In this document: positions 37,546 to 50,959 of the stretch, in pieces
How the letters are laid out: the number at the start of each line of letters is the position of its first letter
Position numbering within the stretch: position 1 is the stretch's first letter
Source of the DNA: Carcharhinus longimanus
Taxonomy: Eukaryota
Length of the DNA: 64,000 bases
NCBI GenBank assembly: GCA_030264375.1
Contig: JASCQW010000001.1
Location: forward strand, 104,750,475-104,814,474
Reading direction: 5' to 3'
Position numbers and translations under genes: made by a program
Notes under the pieces: model-generated
What the model was told of the DNA's origin: nothing
The model's database searches: none
The model's input: the letters and a program-made list of their open reading frames with translations, nothing else

Positions 37546-38600
37546 TTGATCATCTTCATCCTCTTCTGAAGTCAAAATTAAAATAGCAATAGCAACACCC
37601 ATGTTGATTTGATGGAAACAAGCTCCACAAATGGAAGTACAATTTTCCAAAGTTGTGAAAGTAAACTCTCAACACAAGGTAAAGACTTTGATACAGTGGG
37701 GTCGGGAAAGCAGTTATCAGATGTTTGTACTTTTTTGGCATATTTCTCCATCATGTCTTCAGCTCCCCAACTGTGGGTGTCATCTTGCTTTGGTTTCACT
37801 GGCAAATTCCAAGGAGCCCGGAAAACCCATAACCCCACAGTTTAATTGTAAAAGCTATGTTAATATTGCTCTCATTGAACAAACAATATATTAAAATTGA
37901 CAATCTGCCTGTCCTGAGGACGTTGCTTGCGTGCTTTTTAAACATCACTGTTAAATATGAAAATCACCAAGCTGGAGCCAGCTTCCCAATGTACTGTCAA
38001 TTTCCCTGCTTTTAACTTTCCCCCACAACCACTCCTGAACTCACGTGCCCATGCAAGTTAAAATGCAGCACCTTTCTGGGAAGTTTGGCAATACTTGTTG
38101 CACCAGAAATAGTGAACTGCGCCTCATTTAGTTTCAGTTTCATGAGATTTGCTGAATTTACTGTCCTACTGCTTGAGAGTGGCATCTAATTGTCTGCTAT
38201 GGTAGTCCAAGTGATGCTATGTTGCTACAGATTAGATGATGTTAAATAATGTGAACAACACCAATTGCATAAGGTAATTAAGACTACTCTAATACACACA
38301 CCCTCCAGTGACAGTTTATTGAATACCCCAGGTTTTCTGTGTGGACAGTCAGTACATTTTGGATTAATCAGTTTTGAGTATTTTCAATGGCTGGTTGTAT
38401 ACTAACTACACTGTTTTTGTTTCATTGCTTTGAACACTTAACTATTCACTTCCAGTGAAAAGGAAATTCCAATAAAGTTAATAACAGCAATCCTTGAATG
38501 TGATACTTTGTTTTAACATTGATAATGATTTTGTTGATGATTTTGAATGCTAGGTTTGTAACAATGGCCACTCAGTTTATCACAACACATCAATGATATG

Positions 38601-38726
38601 GGGCGGAATTTTCAAATCCCGCCCACCATGGGAATCGTAGCGGACGGGACAGATCCATGCAAAGGTCCGTTGACCTTTGTTGGGATTTTCTGGTCTTGGG
38701 GCAAGCGCGGCCAGAAAGTCTTGCCC
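38601..38726. mobile_element. Harbinger-type MITE, 126 bp, ATG TSD
   Basis: TIRs gggcggaattttc / gaaagtcttgccc; ATG at 38598-38600 and 38727-38729. Confidence 0.85.
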
Positions 38727-39669
38727 ATGGCGTCTGGACCTGACTCCAGCTGCCTGTCTATCCCGTGGAGGGGCACAGGGGCCCTGGCATCCACAGGGAG
38801 GAGGACTGGCTGGTTCCTTGCTCCCAGGAGACCCTGGGGTTGTCCAGTCCATCTGACTCCCCCCTTCCTGTGACTGACACACTTGCAGATCTGGACACTG
38901 AGGAGGCTGGCACTACAGCATCTGTGCTGCCTGAAAGTAGGCTGGGGTTCTCAAGGTTCCTTCCCTCCAGGGTACATCTGCTAAGATCATCATCTCAGAC
39001 AACACAGTGTGGCAGCTGTGGATCCTGAGGAAAAACTAAGGCGTCGTGGTAGGGTTTGGAATAGTTACAGGTGATGATAAGCATGGTAAGATAGTGAACA
39101 CTATGTCACCACCATTTTATTTATTAAAGGTCACGTTATGCACCCACCAAGTGCTTCCCTGCTCTCATTTCATTACAACCTGCACTGAGGGCCTCCATAC
39201 GTAGGCAAGATACCCAGTGACAGCACCTCTGTCATCTCCTTTCAGTGAGGATGTCAGCTGAATTGTTGTCCTTCCCTCACACAGTCACAATGCAGTGATA
39301 CTGGTGTAATCCTGATTTGCTGGTAGCATCCTGTCAAGCAAGAATCTTCCAGAGATATGAGGAGCATTGCTTGGTCAAGTGGGGATGTCTCCTCTTCCCA
39401 ATCTGTGGGAGGAGAACCTATCGTCAATCAGTCACTGCCTGGAACAGAGTACACAAGGAGTCATAATTGACATGTGGGGCTACCTGTGTCCATTGTTCCA
39501 GGTGGGAAAACATGTGGTCCTTTCTACTATAGAATAAAGGATTACCTCAGGAGCACCTGATACTGATGTAATGTCACAAATCTAAAACCTGGTTGATCAT
39601 CTTGTTGAGTACTAAGTTGTTTGGAGATCTGTAAATAAACAAATGTGGTTTTTACAAATAACAGCCTAT

Positions 39670-39820
39670 GTTTTAAGTTTAAGTTTATTTATTAGTGTCA
39701 CAAGTAGGCTTACATTACATTGCAATGAAGTTACTGTGAAAATCCCCAAGTTGCCACACTCTGGCACCTGTTTGGCTGCACCGAGGGAGAATTTAGCAAG
39801 GCCAGTGCACCTAACCAGCA
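39670..39820 (-). mobile_element. HE1-like SINE with alternative tail (fragment)
   Basis: (tttaag)n ttattagtgtcacaagtaggcttac...gaatttagcaaggccagtgcacctaacc. Confidence 0.75.
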
Positions 39821-40316
39821 TGCTTATGATAGCAAACTTAGGGCAACAGGCAAATCCTAAAGAAACCCCATATAAGTCCCGAACCCAAGACAAAACATGA
39901 TGGAGGCTGGTGGTTTCTGTCAACTGTTTATGTGCATCATCTGAAACATGCTGGTAGCAAGCAGAGTGTAAAAACCCAGCAATACTTCAAACTGGAGCTC
40001 TCTCTTAATTCCATCTTTCCATCTTTTTTATATTTGCTTTCAGTACTGAACTCGACATTGAATTCAAACCAACACATCTTCACTAAGATACCACGGGCCA
40101 CAGTACCAATTCTGCAATTGATTAGCTCAGGAGATATAGGGCAGAATCTTATGGCTCCATCATGGTGTGGGCAGGAGCACATTTTCTATTCACTACAAGT
40201 TCCACTGCATAACTCTATAGAAGGTCTGTGTGTGAATGTAAGTGTAATGAATATTGCTGCAGTTTGTTCTCTGCTAACTATAAAATTGGGTCAATTATTG
40301 CAGCATGCCTATCTCA

Positions 40317-40668
40317 GGGAAGGCAGTGGCACAGTGCAATTATCACTGGACTAGCGATCCAAGGTAATGCTATGGGGATCTGGGTTCAAATCTCACCACA
40401 GCAGATGATGAAATTTGCATTCAATAAAAATCTGGAATTAAAAGTCTAATGATGACCATGAATTGATTGTCGTAAAACCCCATCTGGTTCTCTAATGCCC
40501 TTTAGGGAAATAAATCTGCCATCTGTATCTGGTTTGGTCTAAATGACTCCGGAACCCACCAATGTGGTTGACTCTCAAATGCCCTCTGAAATGGAGGGCA
40601 GATAGGAATGGGCAATAAATGCTGACCCAGCCAGTCATGTCCACATCCTGTAAAAAGGAATTTTAAAA
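40317..40668 (+). mobile_element. tRNA-derived SINE (second family), full length
   Basis: tRNA-like head, ggttcaaatctc B box, 3' tail shared with the LINE at 60905. Confidence 0.85.
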
Positions 40669-41245
40669 GATTCAGCTTTATGTCAAAGCCTGAAAATGTA
40701 TTGTAGAAACCAGAGTGTAGAAGGAGGCCATTTGGCCCATCAACAACAGTCCCACTCAGATCTCATCCCCATTACCACACATATTTACCCTCCAAATTCC
40801 CCTAACACTAAGAGGCAATTTATCGTGGCCAATCATCATGAAAGGGACTTGATTAAGTCAATTATGATAAAACTCTGGACAAAAGGTTCAGGAACTCGTT
40901 AAGAATCCAAGCAGGCCACACACCTGGAGTCACTCATGGGAATGTTTTCACAGGAAGAATTAAACATTAAAAGCAAATATTTCAACTTTACAGACGTATC
41001 TGGACAGTGAGTGTGGGCTCATCGATCTCTGAGCTTTGCTTTACCAGATGGCTGTTGTGATGCTTTTGACAAAGATTTCACAGTGGAGGGTCAGGTCACA
41101 GTATAACTGATAAAGTATCAGCTCGTGACAAGGCACGTGTACTTCTGTATTCATGGCAAAGTATTGTAAGGATTCTACTCAACCTCTCCAAAGACTTCTT
41201 TTTAACATCTAGTATTCATTCACACTTTCAAGTCAGCATCCATCT

Positions 41246-41883
41246 GATCAGGATTTTACCATTATATCAAAGCTTCTGCATAACCTTATAGTGTTGGTGT
41301 GGCAATCAGAAGTGTGTTTATTTACTGATAGAATTTGTTTGTTTTGGTTTAATGCCTGAGGAAATTTATTTGGACCCAACACTCCTTCCAACCACACTTG
41401 CCCGCAACCAGCTAACTGCCCTGCACCTGACCAGACTATCCCTGATCTGAGTACCTCTCCCACCCTGACCCAACTAACCCCTGACCCACCTACACACCTT
41501 AGTCACCTGCCACTGTACCACCCAACCCACCAACCACCCTATCCACTTTATTCAATTACCTCACTCACCTTAGCTAATGACCTCACCTACTGACCCACCC
41601 CATCATACTAACCATTCATTCATTCATCCATCCATCTTTTCACTAGCAATCACACTGGACATTTAAACTAACCATGTAACATTTGGTGCTATGAAAAAGG
41701 GGCATGTCCTGTCTACCCCCAACCCTGCTCTGCTGCGATGGAGTTTTCCAGTGGACTGCACGCGCTGAATTTCTGGAGTAGCTGCTCAGAAGACCTAACC
41801 AGAAATGCAGAGCTGTATCTGGGCACTTAAAGTTACACACATAGCAGCAATCCAACAGTGATTGCCACTTTGTGAAAAATCCG
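41246..41883. mobile_element. Non-autonomous DNA transposon (Harbinger-like termini)
   Basis: gatcaggattttacca start, gtgaaaaatccg end, degenerate cctgacccaactaacc subrepeats. Confidence 0.45.
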
Positions 41884-42226
41884 TAGAAACATGGAATCCC
41901 TACAGTGCGGAAGGAGACCATTTGACCCATCGGGTCTGCACCCATTCTATGAAACAGCATCATACCCAGGCCCAGCGCCTCCCTCCATTCCCGTAACCCT
42001 GCACATTTGTCGTGGTTAATCCATTTAACCTACACAAGGGCAACTTAGCATGGCCAATCCACCTAACCTGCACATCTTTGGAACTGTGGGAGGAAACTGG
42101 AGCACCCCAAGGAAACCCACATAGACACAGGGAAGATGTGCATACTCCACAGTCACCCAAGGCCAGAATTGAACTCGGGTCCCTGGAGCTGTAAGGCAGC
42201 AGTGCTAACCACTTTTCCACCATGCT
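41884..42226 (-). mobile_element. HE1/V-SINE, full length
   Basis: Reverse complement of head, core (ttagcatggccaatccacctaacctgcacatc) and tail. Confidence 0.9.
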
Positions 42227-43084
42227 GGGCTTTTTAGAATCTGAATGATATTAGCAGTTAAACATAATTCTTTCATTTCTATCTCTTTCTAACAGGCTCT
42301 GTTTGCATTTTTGGAGTGATTGGGTGTGGTGAACATGCCTAGAACTTTGTTCCTTTATTCTGAATTTTGAATCTAAAGTTGGGCATGGAAGAAAACAATT
42401 TCTTAGCCTTATTTTCTCACAACACAGTCCTGCAGGTGGCAGGATGTCTGACTCCCCTTTGGTATTAAGTATCATTTTGTGTTTCTTCTACGTCATTAAT
42501 ATTTCACCTTCACTTAGCAAAACTATCTTGCATTGTATTTATATATTACTTTATAAATAACTCAATCTTGCAACTCTATTCTAATCTAAATGACCTGTCC
42601 TGTGTTTTAGTGGACTTTACTCCTGATAACTTTCTTGGGGTCAGTATTTTAGACAAATTCCTCTAGGTGATCCCTCACTCTTTGCAAATTAGTATGTCAA
42701 TTCCTGCCGCTGAACTGACTAGGAATTGATGAAGCAACTAAAAGCATGTTTGTCAAGTTCAACTGGCAAGGTCTGTTGGGAATGCAAATACATTTCCATA
42801 CAGTAAGCCCTCAATTAAAGTTGTAGTTGCATGCCTGAAATCATGACTATAAGGGAAAGAACTAAGTGAAATATAGGTTCCTCTCGGAATCTGAAGTTAG
42901 ATTCCTTTAGAAATTTCTTACTTGGAAAAGCCAGCGTACCAGTTGAAATACTGCACCACACATGTGTAGCGTGTATTCCCAGCTGAAATAACTTGCAAAA
43001 TATCAAAATATAAAAGAAGTATTGTCTGAATTCAAATTAGATACCATTCACTCATCTCTCTACCTTTGTAGGCAGACCCTCATT

Positions 43085-43368
43085 TCAGGGATAACTTGTT
43101 TCCCTTCTGCTTTAGTTGGTTCTGAGATGGCTGATAAGTTCAATGTGTCACATGTGTGGCAGGTGCTGCTTGGAGGGTCAAACAGATGAGCAGTTTGGAG
43201 GTTTTTGTGCTCTCTCTACCATCTTGACTTTGCCTGTATGAGCTCTCAAAGAAATCTCTCTGTGTTCAGTGCCTTTCCAAATGAGCCTTCTCCCATTTTT
43301 GTTGAGTATCATGAGTTGGTTGAAATTTTTGACTTCGTTATGGATGCTTTGAGGACACCCCTTAAGCA
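43085..43368 (-). mobile_element. RTE-clade LINE 3' remnant
   Basis: Minus strand encodes a C-terminal ...TC...IELISHLRT C2H2-like motif and GVLKAS. Confidence 0.6.
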
Positions 43369-43695
43369 TTTCAATGGAGGTTCCTTTGAGCGATTAGCAT
43401 TAGGCTCTCTCATTCATTTTAAAATGGCCTCCCTGCCTCAACTTCAGCAAATGGTTCGCTCATTGTCTTCAAAATGGAAGCTCTGTTTCACCTGCTGCTG
43501 CAGACTTAAACAATGGCCAGTCTCAGGACTCCAAAATTAATCAGAAAATTGCAGAGTCAGGCTCCGTAAATACTGCATCCTGTATTTTCCAACTAAACAA
43601 GCCCTGACAGAAGCCCACCAAGCACCACCTCGACAAGCTTGTTTAAACCTTTCCCAGCCTGTTTCACCATTCAAAATTTTTTTTTGAATTGAAGG

Positions 43696-43926
43696 GATGA
43701 GGTCTCGAAAGCAGATTTTAGGGAACTAAGAAAGTGATTGAAAAGCAGTACATTCAGGCCAAAATCTCAGGATTACTCCCAGTATCACATGCTAATGAGT
43801 ATAGGAAGAGGAAAACTGAGCAAATTAATACATGGATAGAGAAATGGTGTAGGAGGAAGTGCTTTGGATTTCTGGGGTACTGGGACTGGTTCTGGGGTCA
43901 ATGTGACTTGTAAAAGGAAGATGGGC
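43696..43926 (+). repeat. Duplicate of a CR1 ORF1 esterase segment (copy of 44745-44975)
   Basis: About 8 mismatches in 150 aligned bases; shared in-frame TAA. Confidence 0.9.
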
Positions 43927-44019
43927 GAAGCTTGTAAAATCCCGCCAAAAGCCATTGGAGAATTTTGTTCTGTGAGCCTTGCCTGCCCTGATTCTGGTAA
44001 AATTCCAGCCATTGAATAG

Positions 44020-44410
44020 AATTGGCCTTTTGGCTCTAGAGTTAGAAGAATGAAAGGTCATTTCATCGAAATGTATAAAATTATTATAAGGATCTGAGAT
44101 GCTAGCTGCTGAAAGACTGTTTCCCTTGGCTGGACAGTCGGAGGATAAGAGGTTGGATATTTGGACCTGTGATGAGGAGAAATTTCCTTCTCAAAGGGTT
44201 GGGAGTCTTTGGACCTCTCTTCCCCATAATTGAATAGATTCAAATGGAGATTGATAGATTTTCAAACACTTCAAAAAATTGTACCTTATGCAGATAGGGA
44301 GGAGACAGTGAGGTGAAGTAGAAGATCAACTGAAAATTTTTGAATGTTGGAACAGGCTTGAGGCTATATGTCTTATGGCTGTTTCTATTTCTCATGTTCT
44401 TATGTTCTTA
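44020..44410 (+). mobile_element. CR1 LINE 3' end
   Basis: LELEE*KVISSKC / RRNFL region and ttctcatgttcttatgttctta tail. Confidence 0.75.
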
Positions 44411-44519
44411 AAAGAGTGAGATGTTGACTTTTCCATTTCCTTTGTGAAATGCCATCTTTTTCCAGGAAGAAAACAGTATGAATACAAGTTAGAGTACTGC
44501 TTGGTCACCACAAGTTGCA

Positions 44520-46962
44520 CAGGTGGGGAGGAAGAGTGGAAGACCAATTGTAGGGGGAGATTCAATACTTATGGGAATAGATAGGAATTTCTGTGGTCAA
44601 TGATGGGACTCTAGGATAGTATATTGCCTCCCCGGGGTCAGGATCAAGGATGCCATTGACTGGTTGTGGGACATTCTTTTGGGGGAGAGTGAACAGCCAG
44701 AGATTGTGGTCCATCTTAGGACCAGTGACATAGATAAAAGGAGGGCTGAGATCTTGAAAGCAGACTTTACGGAGCTAAGGAAGAGATTGAAAAGCAGTAC
44801 AGTCAGGCCGTAATCTTAGGATTACTCCCAGTATCACATGCTAATGAGTATAGAAAGAAGAAAACTGAGCAAATTAATACATGGATGGAGAAATGGTGCA
44901 AGAGGAAGTGCTTTGGATTTCTGGGGTACTGGGACTGGTTCTGGGGTAGATGTGACTTGTAAAAGGAGGATGGGTTACACCTTAGCAGGGCCAGGACTGA
45001 CTTTCTCACAGGGAGAACTGCTCATCCTGCTGGGAAAGGTTTAAACAAGCTTGTTGAGGTGGTGGTTGGTGCATAATGGGTGGGAGGGAAGGGGGGTGTT
45101 GGTGAAGGTGGTGGGGAAGATGTTGCAAAATGAATTCAGATAGAAAGAAAAACAAACTTGATAATGGAAGGAACAAAAGTAGTGAATAAAATGGGAAGGC
45201 AGCAGAAACAAAGGCCAGCATCAAATGGAGTCAGAATAGGGAATAATGTTAAAAAGGCAGGATTAAAGAAACTTTTATCTGAATACATACAGCATTCTCA
45301 GCAAGGTAGGTAGAAATAATGGAATAAGTAGAAGTAAATGGGTATGACCTAATTGCTTTTATATCCTGACTTCAGGATGACCAAGACTGGGAACTAAATA
45401 TTCAAGGATATTCGACATTTAGGAAGGACAGGTAAAAGGAAAAGGAGATAGTTGGGATACTGCTAATAATAAGGTATGAGTTTGGTACATTAGTGAGAGA
45501 GGATCTTCAATTGGAAGAACAAGACATAGAATCCGTTGGATGGAGATAAGAAATAGCAAGGGGAAGCGAACATTACTAGGAGTTGTTAATAAGCCATTAA
45601 ACAGCAGTGGTTAATGTAGGGCACTGTACAAATCAGGAGATTTGAGGTGCATGAAACAAGGGTAATATAGTAATGATGGGAGTCTCCAATCTACATATAG
45701 ACTGGGTAAGTCTAATGAGAACTAATGCTCTGGAGAAATTCCCAGAATGTGCACAAAGTTGTTTTCTAGAGCAGTATAATGAGGAACAGATTATTTTAGA
45801 TCTAGTGTTATGCAATGAGGGAGGGCTAATTAATAATCTTGTTGTAAATCAACCCTTAGGAAAGAATGACCGTAGTATAGTGGAACTTTCCATTACGTTT
45901 GAAAACACTGTAGTTCAATTCAACAATACAGTCTTAACTCTAAACAAAATAAAACTATGAAGGTATGAGGGGCAAAGTTAGCTGTGGAGAATTTGGAAAT
46001 GACATTAAATGGTATGCTGGAAGATAGGTATTGGCTGCATTGTTTAAGGCAAATATACATTCCGTCAAGGCACAAAAAGACAACAGGAAAAGTGAGTCAA
46101 CTGTAGCTAACTAAGGAAGTTAAAGTTTGTATTGGGTCAAAGGAAGGAGCTCAAAGTTGCCAAAAGATAGTAAGTCTGAGGATCTGGAACAGTTCAGAAT
46201 TCAGCAAAGGAGGACCAATAAACTGATAAAGAAAAGGAGAATAAAATATGAAAATAAATTAGCAAAAAAAAAGACTGTGAAAGTTTTCATTGATATGTAA
46301 AAAGAAAAATATTATTAAATTCAGATATGGGTCCATTACTGGCAGAGAAAGAAGTATTNNNNNNNNNNNNNNNNNNNNNNNNNNNNNNNNNNCTAAACAA
46401 TTACTTTATGATTATCTTCACAAAGGAGGGTGCAATAAATAGTGAACTGGGATATTCTAAGAATGAGGAACTGATGGAAGTTAGTATTAGTGAAAAAGTA
46501 GCATTAGAGAAATTAATAGCACTGAAACTTAATAATTCCATGGGACCTGATGGTCTACACCACAGAATATTTGAAGAGTTGTCTATCAAGATAATAGATG
46601 CATTGGTGATCACCTTCCAAAATTCTATAGATTCTGGAACAGTGCCTGCAGACTGAAAGGTGGCAAATGTATCCCTAGTGTCTGAGAAATGAGAGCAAGA
46701 AAACAGGAAGCTACAAAATTGTTAGTTTGATATCAGTAGTAGGGAAAATATTAGAATCTAAATATGCGATAAGTGGACATTTAAAAAATAATTATCTGAT
46801 TTTTTAAAGGAAAATCATGCTTGAAAATCCTGTTGGAATTATTTGAGCATGTTCCTAGCAGAATTGATAAGGGAAACTGGTGGATGTGGTGAATTTGGAT
46901 TTTCAAATGTTTTTGTCAAGAGCCCAAGGAGGAAGTTAGAAAGCAAAATTATAGCATATGAG
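44520..46962 (+). mobile_element. CR1 LINE 5' two-thirds: ORF1 SGNH esterase plus ORF2 APE endonuclease and start of RT; decayed
   Basis: IVGGDSILMGID (GDS at 44556-44564), CLPG, DGLHL (44969-44983); ORF2 LNIQGYSTFRKDR, ILDLVLCNE, SMGPDGLHHRIF, GTVPAD*KVANV. Confidence 0.92.
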
Positions 46963-47699
46963 CTTTCATGAATGGGATTTTTCTTACTATCAATTCTACA
47001 TAGTCAAATCTGATTTCAGTTTTTTAAACTTTATTTCATTTCATCTCCACATAGTTCCTGAGATCTGCCCAAGGTGGATACTAGATGAGTTGACATGTGG
47101 GTATAAAGAGCCATGATGGAAGGGGAGAGGTGGTGATGTGATTGGAGGAATGTGGACTAAAACCGTGTAACACGACAGGGACAAAGCCCCAGAGAATCCA
47201 GAGAGGCATTTGTACAGCCTGTATTGGTTTGACTGTATTCCACACTCATCCCATGCATCTCCCCCACCCTAAAGTGAAGTTCATGACACTCAGGGGCCAC
47301 TTTTCCGAGATGGGAACAGCAAGTTGTGAATTTTCTCAACTTAAGCTACTCACAGCAGTAGTGAGAAGTGTTCAGGTCTTTTTAATGGTATGTGTGCAAG
47401 TTGTTGTTGGCTCTTCATCTGGTGCCTGTTGGCTCTTGAGGTGACATTGCTTCTGTGGGGAATGTTGTTGCCATAGTGAGTATTATTACTATGGTAATTG
47501 TCGCTGCTGCTCCATTACATTTGTTGATGAATGGTTGACCTCTGGGACTCATGGTTGCTCAGTTCCTTATTCAGTTGGCAAATTCAGACCTGCCTCATCA
47601 GCTGTCTGCTGTGAAGGAGCAGCTTCTGTAGTTGCACGNNNNNNNNNNTGCAGTTGTGACAATAGATCTAGTCATTCACTTTCTCCGTGCACAGCCAAA

Positions 47700-48410
47700 G
47701 TGACAACTTTTCTAAACAGATCTTGAGTTGCAAAATCAGCTGACTTGCTGAGTGCATTTAAAGCTCTGACCAGATCTCCAACTGTCAGCTCTGGCAGTGA
47801 CTTGGCAGCGAAATTTATCACAATCCTTCACTACTTCTGGCTTCAATAGAGCTTTAGCTATTAGAAGAGTAGTCTGAGTGTAATGTGACATTAGCCACTC
47901 AACTGGATTACTTTCCACACCTTCAGTAGATGTGTTTCTTCACTTTAAGATTGCTTTAAATGTGACTATGCTGGATCTAGCCAATTTTTTAGTGATCTTT
48001 TTAGTCATTTTCAATTTTGCCTCAGCTTTTCCATTTAACTGGATGATTTTTAATACTGAATTTCCCAATCATTCATGAAGTGCCCTTATTCTCCACTTAT
48101 AAATTGAAGGCAATTTTCACTCATCACAATGTCAGGAGTGCCATGATGAGCGTGCTGTGATTTCAGGTGCTCTACAATCTTACTGCTAGCCATTGACGTC
48201 AACTGGTCCAAGTTCCAGTTGACTGAATAGTAGTCATCTGTGACAAGATAATTAATACAAGCATTATCCATAGTCTGCCTAGGATGTCAAGTAGTGACTT
48301 GCTTGGCTGATACTCATTACATGTATTGCACTAGCTAGCTAATATGGCCTTTAATTTCATTGCACATGTTTAGCTAGTGCAGCACTTTGCTTGTATCCTT
48401 CAGAATAGAC
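47700..48410 (-). mobile_element. Gypsy integrase remnant
   Basis: NYLVTDDYYS...LKSQHAHHGTPDIVMSENCLQF and NGKAE match the rve DDE core. Confidence 0.85.
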
Positions 48411-49177
48411 TCAATTCCTTGCACTGGTGTGCTTCGGCATGGTCTGAATTTTATGCCACCCATGTGCGTACCTGGCATCCCCATGTCCTGGGAAATAGAG
48501 CGTGGCGATGAGGAGAGGAGTTCCCGACATCACAATGCCGCATTGTGATATTTCACTGCTTGAATGCCAGCAGCCTGCCTCATGCAAATTAGAGCACCAA
48601 TTCAGGTGAAAATGCATGCAATGGGCTGCAGGTTTAAGAGATTTGTGCATTTTCATAGTTGGTGCACAAGCTGCACGGGCAGGCAGGGAACACACAGTTT
48701 GCACTTTATAAATCCAAGGTTGGATACAAGGCTGAAGGTGAAGCAAGGAGTCTGGATATAGGAGTAAGTCTGGACTATCTTGCTTACCCTGTGAACCATA
48801 TTGCTCATATCTTATGTGAGTACGGAAGCTTCTTTCTTGAGAGAGGCAATTCCAGACTGAACACAGCATCATCAAGTAAGTACCTCAGCAATCCAAAAGA
48901 TGGATACTCGTCATCAGATGAAGGGAGGAGGCCAGGTGGTTAGAGTCATCTTCAGCGTTTCTGCCCACAAGACCAACCAGCACACCCTGAAGGGGTTGAA
49001 GTCCAGCAAGGCTTGCAAGGGAAAAGGGGCTGATGGAGATACCATTACCCTGCTGCAAGAATATGCAGTTAGATCCAACTATCCAGACATTACTGAGGTA
49101 CAGTGCAGAAGATGGATCTGCCTCTCATGGGAGACAGTGGCCAGGATATTATGGCCTTGCCATGGCCTGCCTCAGCC

Positions 49178-49775
49178 CTGTTGGAGCTGCGCTCATCCAG
49201 GTAATTAGAAAGCATTCCATCATATTCCTACCTTATGATTTGTAAATGGTGTTGGGGAGTCAGGGGCTGAGTTACTGCTTTTTGTGGATTGGACATACCT
49301 GAGCAACTTTTCCCATTGCCAGGTAGATGTCAATGTTGTAGCTGAAAGGAACAGCTTGGCCAGGGTGCAAATAATTCTGGACCACAAGTATTTAGTACTA
49401 TTGCCATGATGCTGTAAGGGCCCAAAGCCTTTGCACGATCCAGTACCTTCAGTGTTTTTTTGATATCACATGGAGTGAACCGAATTGACTGGCACCTGTA
49501 ATGATGGGAATCTCAGGGAGAGGCCGAGATTGATCATCCACTCCACACCTCTGGCTGGAGACAGTTGGAAATGCTTCAGCCTTGTCCTTTGCACTGATGT
49601 GCTAGCCTGCCCTTCATTAAGGATTGGGATACTTACGGAGCCTCCTCTTCCTGTCAGTAGTTTAATTTTCCATCACCATTCATGACTGGATGTTGCAGAG
49701 CTTAGATCTGATCAATTGGGTTATGAGATTGCTTAGCTCCGTAAATTGCACATTGTTTGCATTTTTGGCATGCAC
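49178..49775 (-). mobile_element. CR1/L2-group LINE fragment (second family)
   Basis: gttggagctgcgctcatccagg matches 61327-61350; tcaatgttgtagctgaaaggaacagcttggc region. Confidence 0.7.
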
Positions 49776-50014
49776 CTGGGAGATGAAATGAATAAAGTTT
49801 TGCAGCAGCTAGTTCTGGATAAGCATTTGTTTGCACCACTTATAAGTAATGGGTAGGTGATCAGAACAGAGGATATTTAAAAGAATGAAACTGGTCTATG
49901 CAAAACATGAGTTGCAAAATGGCTGTTGGACTTAATTGCATGAAATGTAAATTTAAACATAAGAGAACACCATAAAATACGCAAAGAAATGTGTATATTA
50001 ACATAAATTAACGT

Positions 50015-50318
50015 GGGGCAGCATGGTGGCAGAGTGGTTAGTACTGCCGCCTCACAGAATTAGGGACCCAAGTTAAATTTCGGTCTTGGGTGACTGTGTG
50101 GAGTTTGCACATTTTCCTCGTGTCTATGTGGGTTTCCTCCCTAAGTCCAAACATGTGTGGGTTAAGTTTATTGGCCATGCTAAGTGGCCCCTTTGTGTCA
50201 AGGGGAACAATGGTAAATATGTGGAGTTAAGGGGATAGGGCCTAGATGCGATTGTTGTCGGTGCAGACTCGATGGGCCTCTTTCTACACTGAAGGGATTC
50301 TATGATTCTATGATTCTA
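50015..50318 (+). mobile_element. HE1/V-SINE, full length
   Basis: ggggcagcatggtggcagagtggttag head, (ttctatga)n tail. Confidence 0.9.
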
Positions 50319-50577
50319 AGTAAAAAAGGAAAAAGTGTGTGATTATCAACAACGTAATGACAGAGCCTGGTAAATTTGAAACTGCTCTCAAAAGGGACAA
50401 CGTATTCATCTTATACGAGCTAAGGTTTCACATAGAACAGTACCTGAATCAGTTGCATATTTTTCTATCCTTTAATGAACATCTCACATATTTGTTCTAA
50501 CAAAATTGTTGGTTTGGAACACTGCACTTTCTGTTTGTCTGGTGAGGAATGGATGACAGACTTGAAATTACTTGTGA

Positions 50578-50912
50578 AGGTGGTAGTGCATTAGTATTTT
50601 TACTGGACTAGTAATTCAGAGATCCATGTTTTAGGAGCACGGGTTCGAATCCCACCATGGAATTGGAGTTCAATAAAATCTAGAATTAAAAGTCTAATGA
50701 TAACCATCGCCGGAATTCTACTGCCTCACCCACCAAGGATTGGGTGAGAGGCAGACAACAGAAATATCCGTTGACCTCAGGTGGAAATTTCTGTTCTCTC
50801 TTGAGTGAGGCTGTAAAATCCTGCTCCATGAAATCATTGTTGTAAAAACCCATCTGATTCACTATTGTCCTCTAGGGAAAGGAATCTGCCATTCTTACCT
50901 GGTCTGCCCTAT
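50578..50912 (+). mobile_element. tRNA-derived SINE (second family) interrupted by a MITE
   Basis: B box ggttcgaatccc; the sequence resumes at catgaaatcattg after the insert. Confidence 0.8.
50708..50826. mobile_element. Harbinger-type MITE, 119 bp, CAT TSD
   Basis: cgccggaattctac / gtaaaatcctgctc termini; CAT at 50705-50707 and 50827-50829; uninterrupted SINE copies read accatgaa once. Confidence 0.85.
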
Positions 50913-50959
50913 GAAATGGAGTAGTAAGTCACTCAGGCAAGGTTAATATTCTGACTAAG

